DNA of 64,000 nt from Octopus bimaculoides (Eukaryota): assembly GCF_001194135.2 (NCBI RefSeq), contig NC_069002.1:13063708-13127707 (forward strand), written 5' to 3'. Both the position numbers and the translations under genes were made by a program. The notes under the pieces are model-generated. The model saw only the letters and a program-made list of their open reading frames with translations. It was not told the origin of the DNA and did not search any database. The first letter of the stretch is position 1, and the number at the start of each line of letters is the position of its first letter. This document shows, one piece after another, positions 49,851-63,755 of the stretch.

Positions 49851-50733
49851 TTAAATAAAGTATAAGACCGTCACTTATGTATCATACTTAATGCAAATAC
49901 ATCAGAAAAAGCCAAATTAACTGTAGTATTCATCCCACACATCAAACATTCTGACTACTACCACTGCTGGACAATTTTCATGTGTTACTAATATATATGT
50001 GTTATTTAACACAGTACATTCAACAGAGGTGTTATAATCCAGATAAATACAACAGTTTATTTAGCTTTCTGTGAAGTATCTGCATTAAATATAATACACA
50101 GATGGCTATTTTAAACTAATATTGCTTCTGTTACGCATAAAAGCAGGATAGATTGGATAACAAAGTCAGTCACGGAAATACAAAAAAGGAGAGGATAGTT
50201 ACGGCCAGAATTCCTTCCATTATAAATCTATTTGATCAGGACTGATCTAGAAGTAAACAATAGCGATTTATTGGGCCACATTTTTGTATCAAGTAATTAA
50301 AAATATCAATCACCTATCTCCATTAGATGATTGGTTGTATGGGAGAAGAGATAAACCAACAGCTGCTACACTAAATCTCACATGATATCTCATAAACCAT
50401 ATCTCTATTTTCAGAGTTGAGGTTGTGAGAAATTTACTTTACAACCACATGATTTTGTGTTATTAAATAACATGTAACTCCAACTAAATGTATTTTGATC
50501 ATTCACTCAATCATATATATATAGGCGCAGGAGTGGCTGTGTGGTAAGTAGCTAGCTTACTAACCACATGGTTCTGGGTTCAGTCCCACTACGTGGCACT
50601 TTGGGCAAGTGTCTTCTACTATAGCCTCGGGCCAGTCTGTATTTATGTGTTCAAATGTACTGTGTCTGAAAGAACGGAAACCAAGAAAGTGACAATATAT
50701 TTACAAAATTTATTAAGATTTTCTCTTGAACTT

Positions 50734-50898
50734 TTAATTTTCAGTTGAAACTCTCTTTTTCTTCTTCTCAACAATCTTCCTGGCTTTGTACGCTTTGACT
50801 TTGCGTGTTTGTAATTTGCTGTAGTCTTGTCTTTCCATATGAATTCGGCCAGTTTTATTGCGGAAGGCATCATGTGCTATATTTTTCCTCTTCTGGAC
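50734..50898 (-). CDS. RPF2: RPF2 exon 10 (terminal)
   Basis: CAG acceptor; VQKRKNIAHDAFRNKTGRIHMERQDYSKLQTRKVKAYKARKIVEKKKKRVSTEN*; AATAAA on minus at 50709-50714. The ten exons total 903 nt (300 aa + stop). Confidence 0.96.
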   Translation of the reverse strand, partial: VQKRKNIAHDAFRNKTGRIHMERQDYSKLQTRKVKAYKARKIVEKKKKRVSTEN

Positions 50899-51740
50899 CT
50901 GAAAAAGGAAGAATTAAAAAGCAATATTACATAATGATTCTAATATATATTAAATTTGCAGAGCTACCCTGCTATGCCCAGATTTTTTTATTATTATTAT
51001 TACTACCAGAAGAGTGACTGATGAAGGGATATTACAGAGACAAGTTACAAAAAGTGTCCAAGTTTACAGAAAAATCAAAGACGGAAAAAGATAAGAGCAA
51101 ACTGGTAAACAGAGGATAGAAAAATGTCAGAGACCCCAGAGAGGAAGATTGTCGAAACTAAATTTCAAAGTGCCATGTAAAAAGCACTCAGCCCACTCTA
51201 GTATGGTGCAGGCTTCTGCTTGACCAGCTCCTGTCAAACCGTCCAACCCATGCTAACATGGACGGAGGATGTTAAATGGTGATGACAATGATGAACATCA
51301 CATACCAAGAGTAAGCAGCCACTACATAGCTGTTGTTCCCTAGCCTACAGACACTTACTGAGCACAGACCTGTTTATTCTTACAAACTCTCATTGATCTT
51401 TCATCAAACTAACAGGAGGACAGCACACTCCTCTCCATCCTCAATCATCCTTTCCAAGTGGAATTTGAAACAAAATCAATGTGGTCTTAGCCAAAGAAGA
51501 AAGTCTCTACTACACAACCATTTTTGCTATGACCACCACACAGAGGAATACTGTTAAACAATCCTGGCTCCATTAAAGCAGCAAGGTAACCTTCATGATG
51601 GACTTGGCCAATAGACAGATCCATTCTACTTATGATGACAACTGCTTGACAAAACTCCACAAGTCAGCGATGCCGAGACAGGCACAGATGACAGCAGGAA
51701 GATGATAACGATGATGATGATGACAAATAGTAGGACAAAC

Positions 51741-51885
51741 CTTTGCAGCCCTTGGATGCTTGCAAGCACGTTTAAATAAGGCATCTGTTGCCAGTTTTGT
51801 GCGCCGGAGAACAAACTCAAATGATGGTCCCATGTCAGAGAGTTCAATATAAGGAGTGCGGCAACCAGACTTCTTCAGTGTTATT
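51741..51885 (-). CDS. RPF2: RPF2 exon 9
   Basis: TAG/GTTTGT; ITLKKSGCRTPYIELSDMGPSFEFVLRRTKLATDALFKRACKHPRAAK (Brix ELxEMGP signature). Confidence 0.96.
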
Positions 51886-53028
51886 CTAGAAATAAAGCAG
51901 GAGAAAAAAATGTACTCAAGTTAAATATATATGTGTTTGTGTGTGAACACACACACACACACACACAAAATAATGCATATTAAACATCATATAAGATCAA
52001 TTGTTGATTTATTGAAGTGCTTTTTGTGTGACACTATCACCACTGCTTTTTTATGTGGCACCAGCACCAGTGCTTTTTACATGATACCAAGTTTCAAACA
52101 AAAATCATCCTGGGTTTTATCTGTGAAGTTGTGCTAATATTACATGCTTTAATGCAGTCCCACTGCATGGCACCTTGGGCAAGTGTCTTCTACTATATCC
52201 TCGGGCCAACCAAAACCGACAACCAATGCTAGTGTGTTAACGTCCCCATATCTTAGCAGTTCGGCAAAAGAGACCAATTACAAGGCTTCCAAACAATAAG
52301 TCCTGGGGTCAATTTGCTTGACTAAAGGCGGTGCTCCAGCATGGCCGCAGTCAAATGACTGAAACAAATAAAAGAATAAAGAAGAAAAAAAAAACACTGA
52401 CAATGTCACCAATTTGGGCTATTTACTAAACCTGGAATAATGAAAAGTGAAGGTGACTAACCAAGTAGTTAGGATGCTGCAGTCACAATTGCAAGATAGT
52501 GGTTTCAATTCCCTGACAGGAAGGTGTGTTGTGTTTATGAGCAAAACTTTTCATTTCACATTGCATCATTTCACTGAGCAGCAAATGAACAACTCTGCAA
52601 AGGGCTGGCATTTCATTCAGAGGTGCTGTTGTAATCTTGGTCATTTATGCACCACGGAAACCAGGTAACTAGCCCCATGAATTCTAGGACTTCAGACAAT
52701 AATGTCCAGGAGTTGATGACAATAATGACTGATGAAAAATGATCCCAGTAGAATTTGAACTCATAGTGAAGTGAATTGAAAAAAGTTTTGCAAAATACTC
52801 TATTTGATTCTAATAACTTTGCCATTAGAAAAAAATGGATGAGGGGGGGGGGAACATTTTTGAGCAAAGGTTTATTTGAACACAACTGACCATGGGCTAA
52901 ACAGCTACAATATGCTAGCATCAGTAGTTCAATACCTTACCAAACACACTGTAGCTAACGTAACTTTAAAAAAAAAAAAAATAGGGGAGAGAGCAGGGCT
53001 TTTGTATACATATATAAAAATGACTTAC

Positions 53029-53131
53029 TTATAATTCCGCATGTAAATCTTGCCGTCTGCTGCAACGAACATGATAACGTGTTCCAACCCTGCCAGACGT
53101 ACATTATCAACAACAGCACCACGAAAGAAGT
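53029..53131 (-). CDS. RPF2: RPF2 exon 8
   Basis: CAG/GTAAGT; FFRGAVVDNVRLAGLEHVIMFVAADGKIYMRNY(K), Brix-domain core. Confidence 0.96.
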
Positions 53132-53937
53132 CTGTAATAAAAGATAAAGAATGGAAATATTAACCATAAGCCTTGTGAGTGTATTTGGTAGACGTATATA
53201 TATATATAAAGGGGCAGAAATAGTAACGAGCCATTTAACGGTAAATTTAAATATGGACGAAATCTAGAAATACGGTATTGATCTCCAAATTTTGATTTTT
53301 TGTTTGATTTATTTATTTGTTTGTTTGTTCTAAAAGATTATTCCCCGAAGACGTGTATGGCAACTTATATGTTTGACTTAAACTTGACGGTCAAATATAG
53401 CTTTATACAGAAATGTTGACATTGGAATAAATTACATTGATATGGATATTAGCGTCAAATCTCTCTCTTAAATGTAAAAATTTAAAACTTTGGATATATA
53501 TATATATATATATATTTGTAAGTGTGTATGTCTTTGTGTCTGTCTCCCCACCATCGCTTGACAACTGATGTTGGTGAGTTCACATTCCAGTAACCTAGCA
53601 GTTCGGCAAAAGGAACCGATAGAATAAGTACTAGGCTTACAAAGAATACGTCCTAGGGTCGATTTCTTTGATTAAAACCCTTTAAAATGGTGCTCCAGCA
53701 TGGCTGCAGTCAAATGACTGAAACAAGTAAAAGAATAATGTTACTGCCTCAAACTGCACCCTTTCCTCCCCCTGCATGCATAAGGCCCAAGATGTTACAC
53801 AGCTGGATTGAACCCAGACGCCACATAGGTGCAAAACTAACTTATTAACTAAATAGCCAGGCCTGTCAAATATTTGAAATATTGAATCGATATAAAAATA
53901 AAAAGAGGCCATCACCATCATCAATACAACAACTTAC

Positions 53938-54037
53938 CAATAAATAAATTCTTTAATCGTACATAATCAGCATCTTGTTCAAATGGATCTCCAGCAAATA
54001 AAAGACATGGCTTGGTTCCCAAAGAGACTTTGGAACT
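53938..54037 (-). CDS. RPF2: RPF2 exon 7
   Basis: CAG/GTAAGT; SSKVSLGTKPCLLFAGDPFEQDADYVRLKNLFI(D). Confidence 0.95.
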
Positions 54038-55003
54038 CTGCAAAAGAAGAAATAGTTTTTTTTAAAAATCAGTTGATTTTTTTTTTTCCTTATTACATTT
54101 CAATTTTGAATTTTAGAAATATTGCATTGAAGAGTGCTACTGCTATTTAGCTCCAAGAAACACCCTTTCTAGTTGGTTACGTGACACAAGCATTCTGTGT
54201 CCTCAAGTTTTCAAACAGGGATGATAAGCACCTCCACCCAACAAAATCAGCATCCAGATGGTGTTTCTTGGAGCTAAATAGCAGAAGCACTCTTCCCTTT
54301 CCTGGGACTGCCACATTAAGTTGGCATCAAATCATCATTTTTGAATTTGTTTTGCAAGAATTTTGCAGTATAAGCAAGTGTTGATATTACTGTACTTCAG
54401 AGAGTGCCATCATTTTACCAATAAAACACACGTATTAGTTTAGGCTTGGTTCAGTTTTATTAATTAATCAATAAACCAATAGGCTGTGTGGTAAAAAGTT
54501 TGCATCCCAACATAGTTTTGGGTTCAGTCCTAAATTGTGGCTGGGGCTGTCTACTATAGCTCTGCATCAACCAAAGCCTTGTGAGTGAATATGGTTGAAG
54601 GAAACTGTGTCAAAGTCCATCAAGTATCATATTCATCATTTAATGTCATTTTCCATGTTGGCATGAATTGGACGGTTTGATCAGAGCTGGTGAGCGGAAC
54701 TGCACCAGGTTCCAGTCTGATTTCGCTTGTTTTCTATAGTTGGATGCCCTTCCTAATGGCAACTACTTTACAGAGTGTAGCAGGTGCTTTTTCAGGTGGG
54801 TTGCCATTAAAAGGGTCAAGGGTTTCAATCTCAATGCACAGTATGCCTTCAGCCAAAATGCCTTCTATGATAGTCGAATGAAATTTGGTAGACAGAAATT
54901 GCAAAAACACATGTCTTGCATGTATATCTTTTACCAAAGGGGCTTCAGAACTACCACAAACTTAACTTCCTCAAAGATAAATAAAACAAATTCATATATT
55001 TAC

Positions 55004-55080
55004 CTTCTCATCCATCATTGATTTGAACTCTTCAATTCCTAATTCTATCATGTCCATCACATGATGATCAAAAAATCGAC
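55004..55080 (-). CDS. RPF2: RPF2 exon 6
   Basis: AAG/GTAAAT; RFFDHHVMDMIELGIEEFKSMMDEK. Confidence 0.95.
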
Positions 55081-55204
55081 CTTAAGGATGCAAATATAAA
55101 AAGAAAGGATCAAATATGGCGAACGGTATTTTTCTGAAGAATCAATAAACACACATACACAGGTTATCTTGGAAGTAATAAATAACAATAGATTAATTCT
55201 TTAC

Positions 55205-55286
55205 CAATGACTAAATTTGCAGGTTTTTTCTTGGAATGTGAACCAAACATAAACAAGGAAGCATCAGATCTGGCAGAAAAAAAATC
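55205..55286 (-). CDS. RPF2: RPF2 exon 5
   Basis: CAG/GTAAAG; DFFSARSDASLFMFGSHSKKKPANLVI(G). Confidence 0.95.
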
Positions 55287-56863
55287 CTGAAATTAAAAAT
55301 AATAAAAATAGATTAAAAAATAATTGAAGTTAAATAAAGACATAATAAAATGAATTATTAGCATTGGAAGTAGTGTTAATCCTTTAGCATTTAAACTGGC
55401 CAAAATATTCTAGCTGTTTTTGTCCAAGCCAGCCAGATCTGGCCTCTTATACCTTACCCTACAATGTCATTCTAAAACTAAACAATCACATCATTGAAAT
55501 CTCAAAGCCACGAGATACTGCATGATCAATCCAAAACGTGTTGGCACTCCATCGCTTACGACGTTGAGGGTTCCAGTTGATCCGATCAACGGAACAGCCT
55601 GCTCGTGAAATTAACGTGAATTAACGTGCAAGTGGCTGAGCACTCCACAGACACGTGTACCCTTAACGTAGTTCTCAGGGATATTCAGCGTGACAGTGTG
55701 ACAAGGCTGACCCTTTGAATTACAGGCACAACAGAAACAGGAAGTAAGAGTGAGAGAAAGTTGTGGTGGAAGAGTACAGTAGGGTTCGCCACCATCCCCT
55801 GCCGGAGCCTCGTGGAGCTTTAGGTGTTTTCGCTCAATAAACACTCACAATGCCCGGTCTGGGAATCGAAACCGAGATCCTATGACCACGAGTCCGCTGC
55901 CCTAAACACTGGGCCATTGCGCCTTCACTTGCAACAGAATAATCTGAATGCTAAAGAGTTAATACAAAAAGCTGATCTTTATAACCAATGGGTGTCTTGT
56001 TAAAACATTGCATGCTTGTTATTAACATCGAGAAATCTTTTCATTCAGGCACTTGGTGTCTAAAAGGACACACATAGACCATAGCAGACGAGAATTGCCT
56101 GTCATGGGCACTGGAACTCCAACTTCACATGATTTCATTCAATTGGAAATCATCAGTGGGAGAGGTGTCATGACAAATAACTAATTTTTAATAAACTTGC
56201 TGGCTATTTGCGACTTCAGAGTCTAAAAAGATGCTGATGCTTTATATATCATAGTAGCAAGATTTGACTGGTATGTGGTAACCAGATACCTCACACTGAT
56301 TTCCAATAGACTGAAATCATGCGATATGGGAGTTCTGGTGCCCATGACAGACTATTCTTGTCTGCTATGATCTATGTGTGTGCAAAATTACTAAGTAATG
56401 GGGACGTAATCAAACGAGGACCAGTTGTCAAACAACAATGGTGGGGCCAATCACAAAGAAACACACACATCTTTATCTACATATATATCATAATCACTTA
56501 GACACATCAGATTCTGTCAAACCGTCCAATCCATACCAGCATTAAATGACGACGATGATGATATATCTGTCTACTTATCAATATATGTGTGTATAAATAT
56601 ATATACACACACACACACACAATGGGCTTCTAGACAATTTTCATCATCAACGAAATTCACTCACATGGCATTGGTTAGCCCAGGGCTATAATAGAAGAAA
56701 CATGCCCAAGGTGAAGTGGGACTGAACTCAAAACCACATAGTTACAAACCAAGCTTCCTATCTGCACAGCCATTTCCTGCACCAATTATACTTGGATAAT
56801 TTCCATAAATCAAACAAAATATTACGAAACTCTAAAAGAATCTCTAAAATTTCCGGTACTTAC

Positions 56864-56903
56864 CAAAGAATTTTCACTCTCAAATGGCCGAATAATATTT
56901 TTC
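56864..56903 (-). CDS. RPF2: RPF2 exon 4
   Basis: TAG/GTAAGT; KNIIRPFESENSL (human KNITRPFEDQTSL). Confidence 0.92.
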
Positions 56904-58070
56904 CTAAGAAAACAAAAATAATTAAACATTATTACTATTATTATTACATGTATAATCTAATACCAAAAATATATAAATACTTCAAATACAGGAATTTCCT
57001 CCAGAAAAACATTTGTTTATTCCAATTTTTCTCTATTTTTCTTCCTTCATGTAATTTGCAATTTACGGAAACAAATATTAAGGAGGCAAGTTAATAGAAT
57101 CATTAGCTGGCAGAAACGTTAGCACGCTGGGCGAAATGCTTAGCGGTTATTTCTTCTGTCTTTACATTAAAAGGTGGTGCTCCAGCATGGCCGCAGTCAA
57201 ATAACTGAAACAAGTAAAAGAATACCACACAAAATCTTGTCTTATTATTATCATTAATGACGAGCAGGATCAAAAGTTTAGCAGTATTTTTGCCCGTTGC
57301 TACGTTCTGAGTTCAAATTCCGCTGAGGTCAACTTTGCCCTCCATCCACCTGAAACTGCTCTTAGTTCAATGATACAAGACTCTAGAATTCAGATCACAT
57401 TGTTTTGAATTAAACATGCATTATCTCATGGCTTTGAAATTGTTTATGTAATTGTATATTTACTGAATGATATTGTATGGTAGGTTTGAAGCCTGATGTG
57501 GCCAGCTTAAATGCTAAAATGTTGAAACAATCTGATCAACAGAACAGCCTTCTTGTGAAATTAGCATGCAAGTAGCTAAGCACTCTACAGAAGTACAGGT
57601 GCACCTCATTTTTGTCAGCTGAGTGGACTGGAGCAACATGAAATCAAGTGTCTTGCTCAAGTATACAAATGCTCTGCCAGGAATCAAATTCATGCCCTTA
57701 CAACTGTGAGCTGAATACTCTAACCACTAAGCCATGTGCCCAAGATTAATAATAACAGTTATTTAACTAAATTCTTCATTATTTTCTTGGTTGACTCAAC
57801 TTTCCTGAGTCAAGGAACTGAGCAGTGGAATCAATCATGGAGCTACAATATGTTTGGAAAGCAGACTTCTTAAACCACGCAGCCATATCTATAATCAATT
57901 ATATCATAGAAGGGGTGTCTCAGTATGGCTACAGTCCAATGAGACTAATTGGAGAATAAAAGTTAATTAGAAGAAAAAAAAAAAAAACCCATTCCCTAAT
58001 CACTCGAAGAAATTAAAAATGGATGTAAAAACCAGCAAAGACTAAAAAAGACTTTTTAAAAATCACATAC

Positions 58071-58108
58071 CTTTTGTACATGACTGCATTGGGTTTCTTC
58101 AAGACATA
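58071..58108 (-). CDS. RPF2: RPF2 exon 3
   Basis: CAG/GTATGT; YVLKKPNAVMYK(R). Confidence 0.92.
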
Positions 58109-59229
58109 CTGCATAAAAAAAAAATTAATTAAAGAACAATATTATGAATCTTGGTTCTTGGGAGGGTCATTACAACAATAATAACACAAGCACTGGTTCA
58201 ATATCACTTCATTGCTAATACTAATGATTTGTAGGTACATAATATTTCGTTATGCAACTATAATATACTATGAAGTATATTAAATGTTTTTTATGAGACA
58301 ATACCAAGATCAGTGCTGGCTATAATTTCTATAGAATATATGTAGAAATAATCGTAACAAAATAATCTTCATTGTTAGTTAATTGGTTAAATAGCTAACC
58401 ATTTGTTTAATGTACTGGTTAAACCAAGGCAGACCTTGGAGAAAGAGGGAAATCACTGGGAAGGTTGCAAATAGTAACAAAAGCTACTTTGACTAACAAA
58501 CAACCAATTGATCATTTAACTAGTACATTAAACAAACAATTGATTAGTTAGTTGGTTAGACATTTAACCAATTGACTAACAATAAAGAGGTGATACCGAA
58601 CCAATGCATTTGTGTAATGACCCACTCAAGACACAAGGTTTGTTTCAATACACAAATTCACATAAAAAATCTTGCAAACCAACTACAAAAACAAAAGAAG
58701 AATAACACAACAGATTCATCAGCATTAACAGAACTTGAAAATGCTCTGGCATGGTTTCTACAGCTGGAGGTCCTTTCTAATGCCAACCACTTTACAGAGT
58801 GTACTGGATGCTTTTTACATGGTACCAGCACAGCTACTTTTATACATACGAGTATCATCATCCGACAAACAAGGTTGTTCATTTCCAGTCCTCCCTGGAA
58901 TCATGTCCAGCCATGGGAAAATATTACCTTACTTGGAAACAAGTGAGGATTGGTGACAGGAAGGGCATCCTACTACAATAAAAAAATCTCTTGCAACAAA
59001 TTCTGCCCAACCAATATCCATTCATGGGATACTCTCTCTTTTACTTGTTTCAGTCATTTGACTGTGGCCATGCTGGAGCACCGCCTTTAGTCGAGCAAAT
59101 TGACCCCCAGGACTTATTCATTAGAAGCCTAGTACTTATTCTATCGGTCTCTTTTGCCGAACCACTAAGTTACGGGGATGTAAACACACACACCAGCATC
59201 GGTTGTCAAGCGAAGTTGGGGGGACAAAT

Positions 59230-59280
<51 letters not shown>

Positions 59281-59544
59281 TACGACGGGCTTCTTTCAGT
59301 TTCTGTCTACCAAATCCACTCACAAGGCTTTGGTCGGCCCGAGGCTATAGTAGAAGACACTTGCCCAAGGTGCCACGCAGTGGGACTGAACCCGGAACCA
59401 TGTGGTTGTAAGCAAGCTACTTACCACACAACCAGGGGTCTAGCAAAATTGAGGTGTATCTTATAAATTAGTGTATCGCATATGCCAAGAGATTTGCATG
59501 GTCTGAGGAGACCTGAAAGACTACACAAGAACAACAACACTTAC

Positions 59545-59677
59545 GATATCTCTCAAAGCTTTAGTGACAGTTTCACTCGTGTTCCCTCCTTTGATAATCA
59601 TGGCCACTTTGGTATTTTCAAAGATTTTTGGTTCTCTTCGTTCCAAGGTTCGTTTCCCTTTCTGGGTCTTGGTAGGT
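59545..59677 (-). CDS. RPF2: RPF2 exon 2
   Basis: TAG/GTAAGT; PTKTQKGKRTLERREPKIFENTKVAMIIKGGNTSETVTKALRDI matches human KPKTKRAKRFLEKREPKLNENIKNAMLIKGGN. Confidence 0.95.
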
Positions 59678-60714
59678 CTACAAAAGAGGGGAGGGACGAA
59701 AATCAATTTACAATATTCATTTTACAACTACTATTAATAAGGCCCGTGAGCTTGTAAGGATCGTTAGCATGTTGGACAGAATGCTTAGCGACGTTTTCTT
59801 TCGTGTTCGGAGTTCAAATTCTGCGGATATCGACTTTCAACCTTTGAAATACAGGTACAACAGAAACAGGAAGAAAGAGTGAGAGAAAGTTGTGGTGGAA
59901 GAGTACAGCAGGGTTCGCCACCATCCCCTGCCGGAGCCTCGTGGAGCTTTAGGTGTTTTCGCTCAATAAACACTCACAGCGCCCGGTCTGGGAATCGAAA
60001 CCGCGAGTCCGCTGCCCTAACCACTGGGCCATTGCGCCTCTACTCTTTCGGATATTCTTGTGACAAACATCGCCATAATTTTGCCTTGTTTCCTTCAACT
60101 TGTAGCCACTTTCATCATAAATTCTATCGTATGGTTCATAGTTTCTAAACGAATTCTTTGAAAATGATGGCAAAGGTAAAGAATACGTACACCCGGTGGT
60201 TAGGGTTAGGTCGAAAACGAGTGGTGTGCGTATTCTTTACCTCATCCAAAATCATATATTAAAACGACTGTCAGCATTTATCTTATACTCGTTTCGATCA
60301 TTCGATACGGCCATGCTGGGGTACTGCTTTGAAGGATTTCAGTCGAACAAATCGATCCGAGTACTTTTTTTAAAGCCCTGTACTTATTCTATCAGTCTCT
60401 TTTGCCGAACCGACAAGGTACGGGGACGTAAACAAACCAAAAATCGGTTGTCTTAAGATTAATGCTTCAACGTCTTCATTCCAAATGGTCACTAGGTCCA
60501 TAAATATAACCACGTATGAATGTTTTGATGGCATTTAAAGTGTGTATATAAATTTACTTTACTTTTATAATTGCATTTTCACTCTTTAAAAATCTAAACA
60601 ATTAATAAATCAAATTTTTAGAAAGAAAATAACATAATTTTCGTTCTTAAAGACATTATTTTTGCTCGGGTACTCTGCAATAAAACATGAGATAAATGAT
60701 AATTTAGTACGTAC

Positions 60715-60734
60715 ACAATCAACGGCAATACCAT
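60715..60734 (-). CDS. RPF2: Ribosome production factor 2 homolog, probable exon 1 of 10
   Basis: ATG GTA TTG CCG TTG ATT GT then GTACGT donor; phase-compatible with exon 2 (MVLPLIV-PTKTQKGKR). Chosen by phase and position only. Confidence 0.55.
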
Positions 60735-60849
60735 TCTGACAGATCGATGGAATCCGTTATCAATAAATAAGCAGGAGTATATTGATGCCTGTACAGATGT
60801 GAAGTAGTGGCGTTAATTCCTAATTATCAATTATCGCCAGACTGAAATA

Positions 60850-60900
60850 AAATAACACGTGCGTGGCTCGCAAGGACCACATCCAGGAAGTGATGTCATA
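60850..60900 (-). promoter_or_regulatory. Probable RPF2 proximal promoter (E-box and ETS-like site)
   Basis: CACGTG at 60856-60861 and CAGGAAGTG at 60884-60892, about 120-160 bp upstream of the proposed ATG; Myc E-boxes are typical of ribosome-biogenesis genes. Confidence 0.4.
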
Positions 60901-62995
60901 GATGTTACTATAGTACAGCACTTGACAAGCAGTAAATTTACGAAATTAGGATCGTTATGTGAATCACATTTATCTTTTTTTTCTCTTACTTGTTTCAGGC
61001 ATTAGATCGCGACCATGCAGGGGCACCGCTTTGAAGAATTTTTAGTAAAATGAATCGATCCTAGTACTTATCATATTTTTAAAGCCTGGTACTTATTCTA
61101 TCAGGGATTTTTATTTTTGCCAAGCCACTAAGTTACGGTGACATAAACAAACCGGCACCGATTGTCAATCAGCGGTAGGAGACAAACACACACACACACA
61201 TACGCACACATACACGCACACTTAGTGCTTTTCTTGAATTGTCTGCTCCTTCCTCCCCTCTGGACTTTTCTCCCTTTCTGATGAAGAGCCATACTCAAAA
61301 CGTCATTTCCACTCCTCTTTTCCCATCTATGTGAGAGAGATAGAAGCAGTGGTGGACAGGATCTAAAAATATTGGTTGCCAGGAGACTAAGGGGCCCCAC
61401 CCACAACTACAAGGCTAATGATTGTGCAAAGAAAGGTGCTGATTCTGCTCACAGGGGATTACAGCTGCTGAGTACTGACATAGATAGAGGAGTGAAGGAG
61501 AAATGGGAATTAAGGGAATGAGATGTGGAGAATGTTTGATGAGACAGGATGGATTGCAAGCATAAATAGAATACTTTTAGGATATTAGGATATAATTTTT
61601 TGCAATGATTGATGGGTTCTTAAGCACAGAGAATCACCAATCAGTCTTTTGTTATCTCCTTTCCAAGGATCAGCATCTTGAGATCAGCCTTCAGTACTTA
61701 TTCCCATATCTTCATACCTCTCTAGTCCCGGGTTCAGTCCCACTGCGTGGCACCTTGGGCAAGTGTCTTCTACTATAGCCTTGAGCTGACCAAAGCCTTG
61801 TGAGTGGATTTGGTAGACAGAAACTGAAAGAAGCCCGTCGTATATATATGTATATGTATATATGTATGTGTGTGTGCATATGTTTGTGTGTCTGTGTTTG
61901 TCCCCCCCCCCAACATCGCTTGACAACTGATGCTGGTGTGTTTACGTCCCCGTAACTTAGCAGTTCGGCAAAAGAGACCGATAGAATAAGTACTAGGCTC
62001 ACAAAGACTAAGTCCTGGGGTTAATTTGCTCGACTAAAGGCGGTGCTCCAGCATGGCCGCAGTCAAATGACTGAAAAAAGTAAAAGAGTAATTGGAATAT
62101 TAACAGATAACATCTTCACTATGATTTTCACCATTTATGATGCAAAGGTCAATGTGCTTTGCAAGATCTACATGAACCCAAAGTAATAACTCCACAAATG
62201 TCATCAATTTGAGCACATTCACTCTTTATGTGTTCCATCAAGCATGTTGCATCTGTGATTTTCAATGAGAAAATATATATAGGTAAAATGTAATATATAA
62301 GATATATATGTAAAATATATATAACATATATAGGTAAAAAAAAATATATTAGTTAATGAGATTGTCTATGTATCCAGACTTTAAAGACACACTGTACAAT
62401 AACTGTGCACTGATCGTAGTCTTGTGAGTGAATTTGGTTAATGGAAACTGTGTGGAAGCCTGTCATATATATGTGTGTGTATGTGTGTGAGTGTGTCCTT
62501 GTGTTTGTTCTTCAACTGCTTGACAACCACTGCCGATTTGCTTATGTTCCCATGACTTAGCAGTCAGGCAAAAGAAACTAATAGAATAAGTACCAGACCT
62601 TAAAAAAAATTGAGGTCGATTTATTCAACTAACACCCTTCAAGGTAGTGCCCCAGCTTGGCTGCAGTCCAATGACTGAAACAAGTAAAAAGATAAAAAAA
62701 GAATAAACGATATAATAAAAGAGATTATTTATTTATATTTATTTATATAATATTTTCTGAAAAAAAAATAAAAGCGGAACATTTTATTTATTAATACATT
62801 TTTTCTGAAGAAATAAAAGAAACATGAGTGAGAAATAATTTTCTATTTAATTTATTTTAAATTTGAATCGGCAGAAGTCCCCGCCGTGCAGAAATCCTCT
62901 TCAGAGTAAGACGAAAGATGTTAGAGTGAAATAATTCTGCAGTTGAATACGATCAATCAACGACACATGGCGATTTTCGAAAATATTACTGAATT

Positions 62996-63065
62996 ATGTC
63001 GAGCGAGCTGGCATCGTTTGTCAGCTTATTAACAGACTTGGAGCAGATGTCATCAAGTCAGATCG
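62996..63065 (+). CDS. Possible first coding exon of an unidentified gene divergent from RPF2
   Basis: ATG...MSSELASFVSLLTDLEQMSSSQI-G followed by a GTAGGA donor in a CpG-containing stretch; no family recognised. Confidence 0.3.
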
Positions 63066-63261
63066 GTAGGAATTTACTTCCAGCTTTCCTCTTTCTAATC
63101 TGACCAATTTCAAATATGTTTTCGTTTGTATTTCTGCTTGTTTTTCCCCCTATCACACCTCTTGTATGAAACCTCTCTCTCTCTCTCTCTTTTTTTTCCT
63201 CGTTAGTTTTACAGACTTGGAGCTGATGGATTTTAGGTAGAAAATCGCTTCGAACTATGAA

Positions 63262-63755
63262 CGATTTATAACCTGATCAATATTGGATATATTCTCCTTT
63301 CTATTTACGATCACCTTCGTTTCTTTATCTTCTCTCCTGTCATCTATCAAAACCCCTTTTAATTAAGGTTGCCAAACACAGCAAGCAAGGTACTTCATTT
63401 AACCCTTAATAACCAACGAGACTATTTTATGATAGTGAATCCTAGATTTATGTTTGCTCCTCTTCTTTCATAAAAATACCAATTATTAGGACACTCCTCT
63501 TACTATAAGCGATTTATAACCTGATCAATATTGGATATATTCTCCTTTCTATATATGATCACCTTCGTTTCTTTATCTCCTCTCCTGTCATCTATCAAAA
63601 CCCCTTTTAATTAATTAAGGTTGGTCATTCACAGCAAGCAAGGTACTTGAATTAACCCTATAACCATCTAGACAATTTTAATGATACTGAATCCTAGATT
63701 TATGTTTGTTCCTCTTCTTTCCTAAAAATACCAATTATTAGGACACTCCTCTTAC
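63262..63755. repeat. Tandem duplication, period 248 bp
   Basis: CGATTTATAACCTGATCAATATTGG...GGACACTCCTCTTAC at 63262-63503 and 63510-63755 with scattered differences. Confidence 0.9.
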
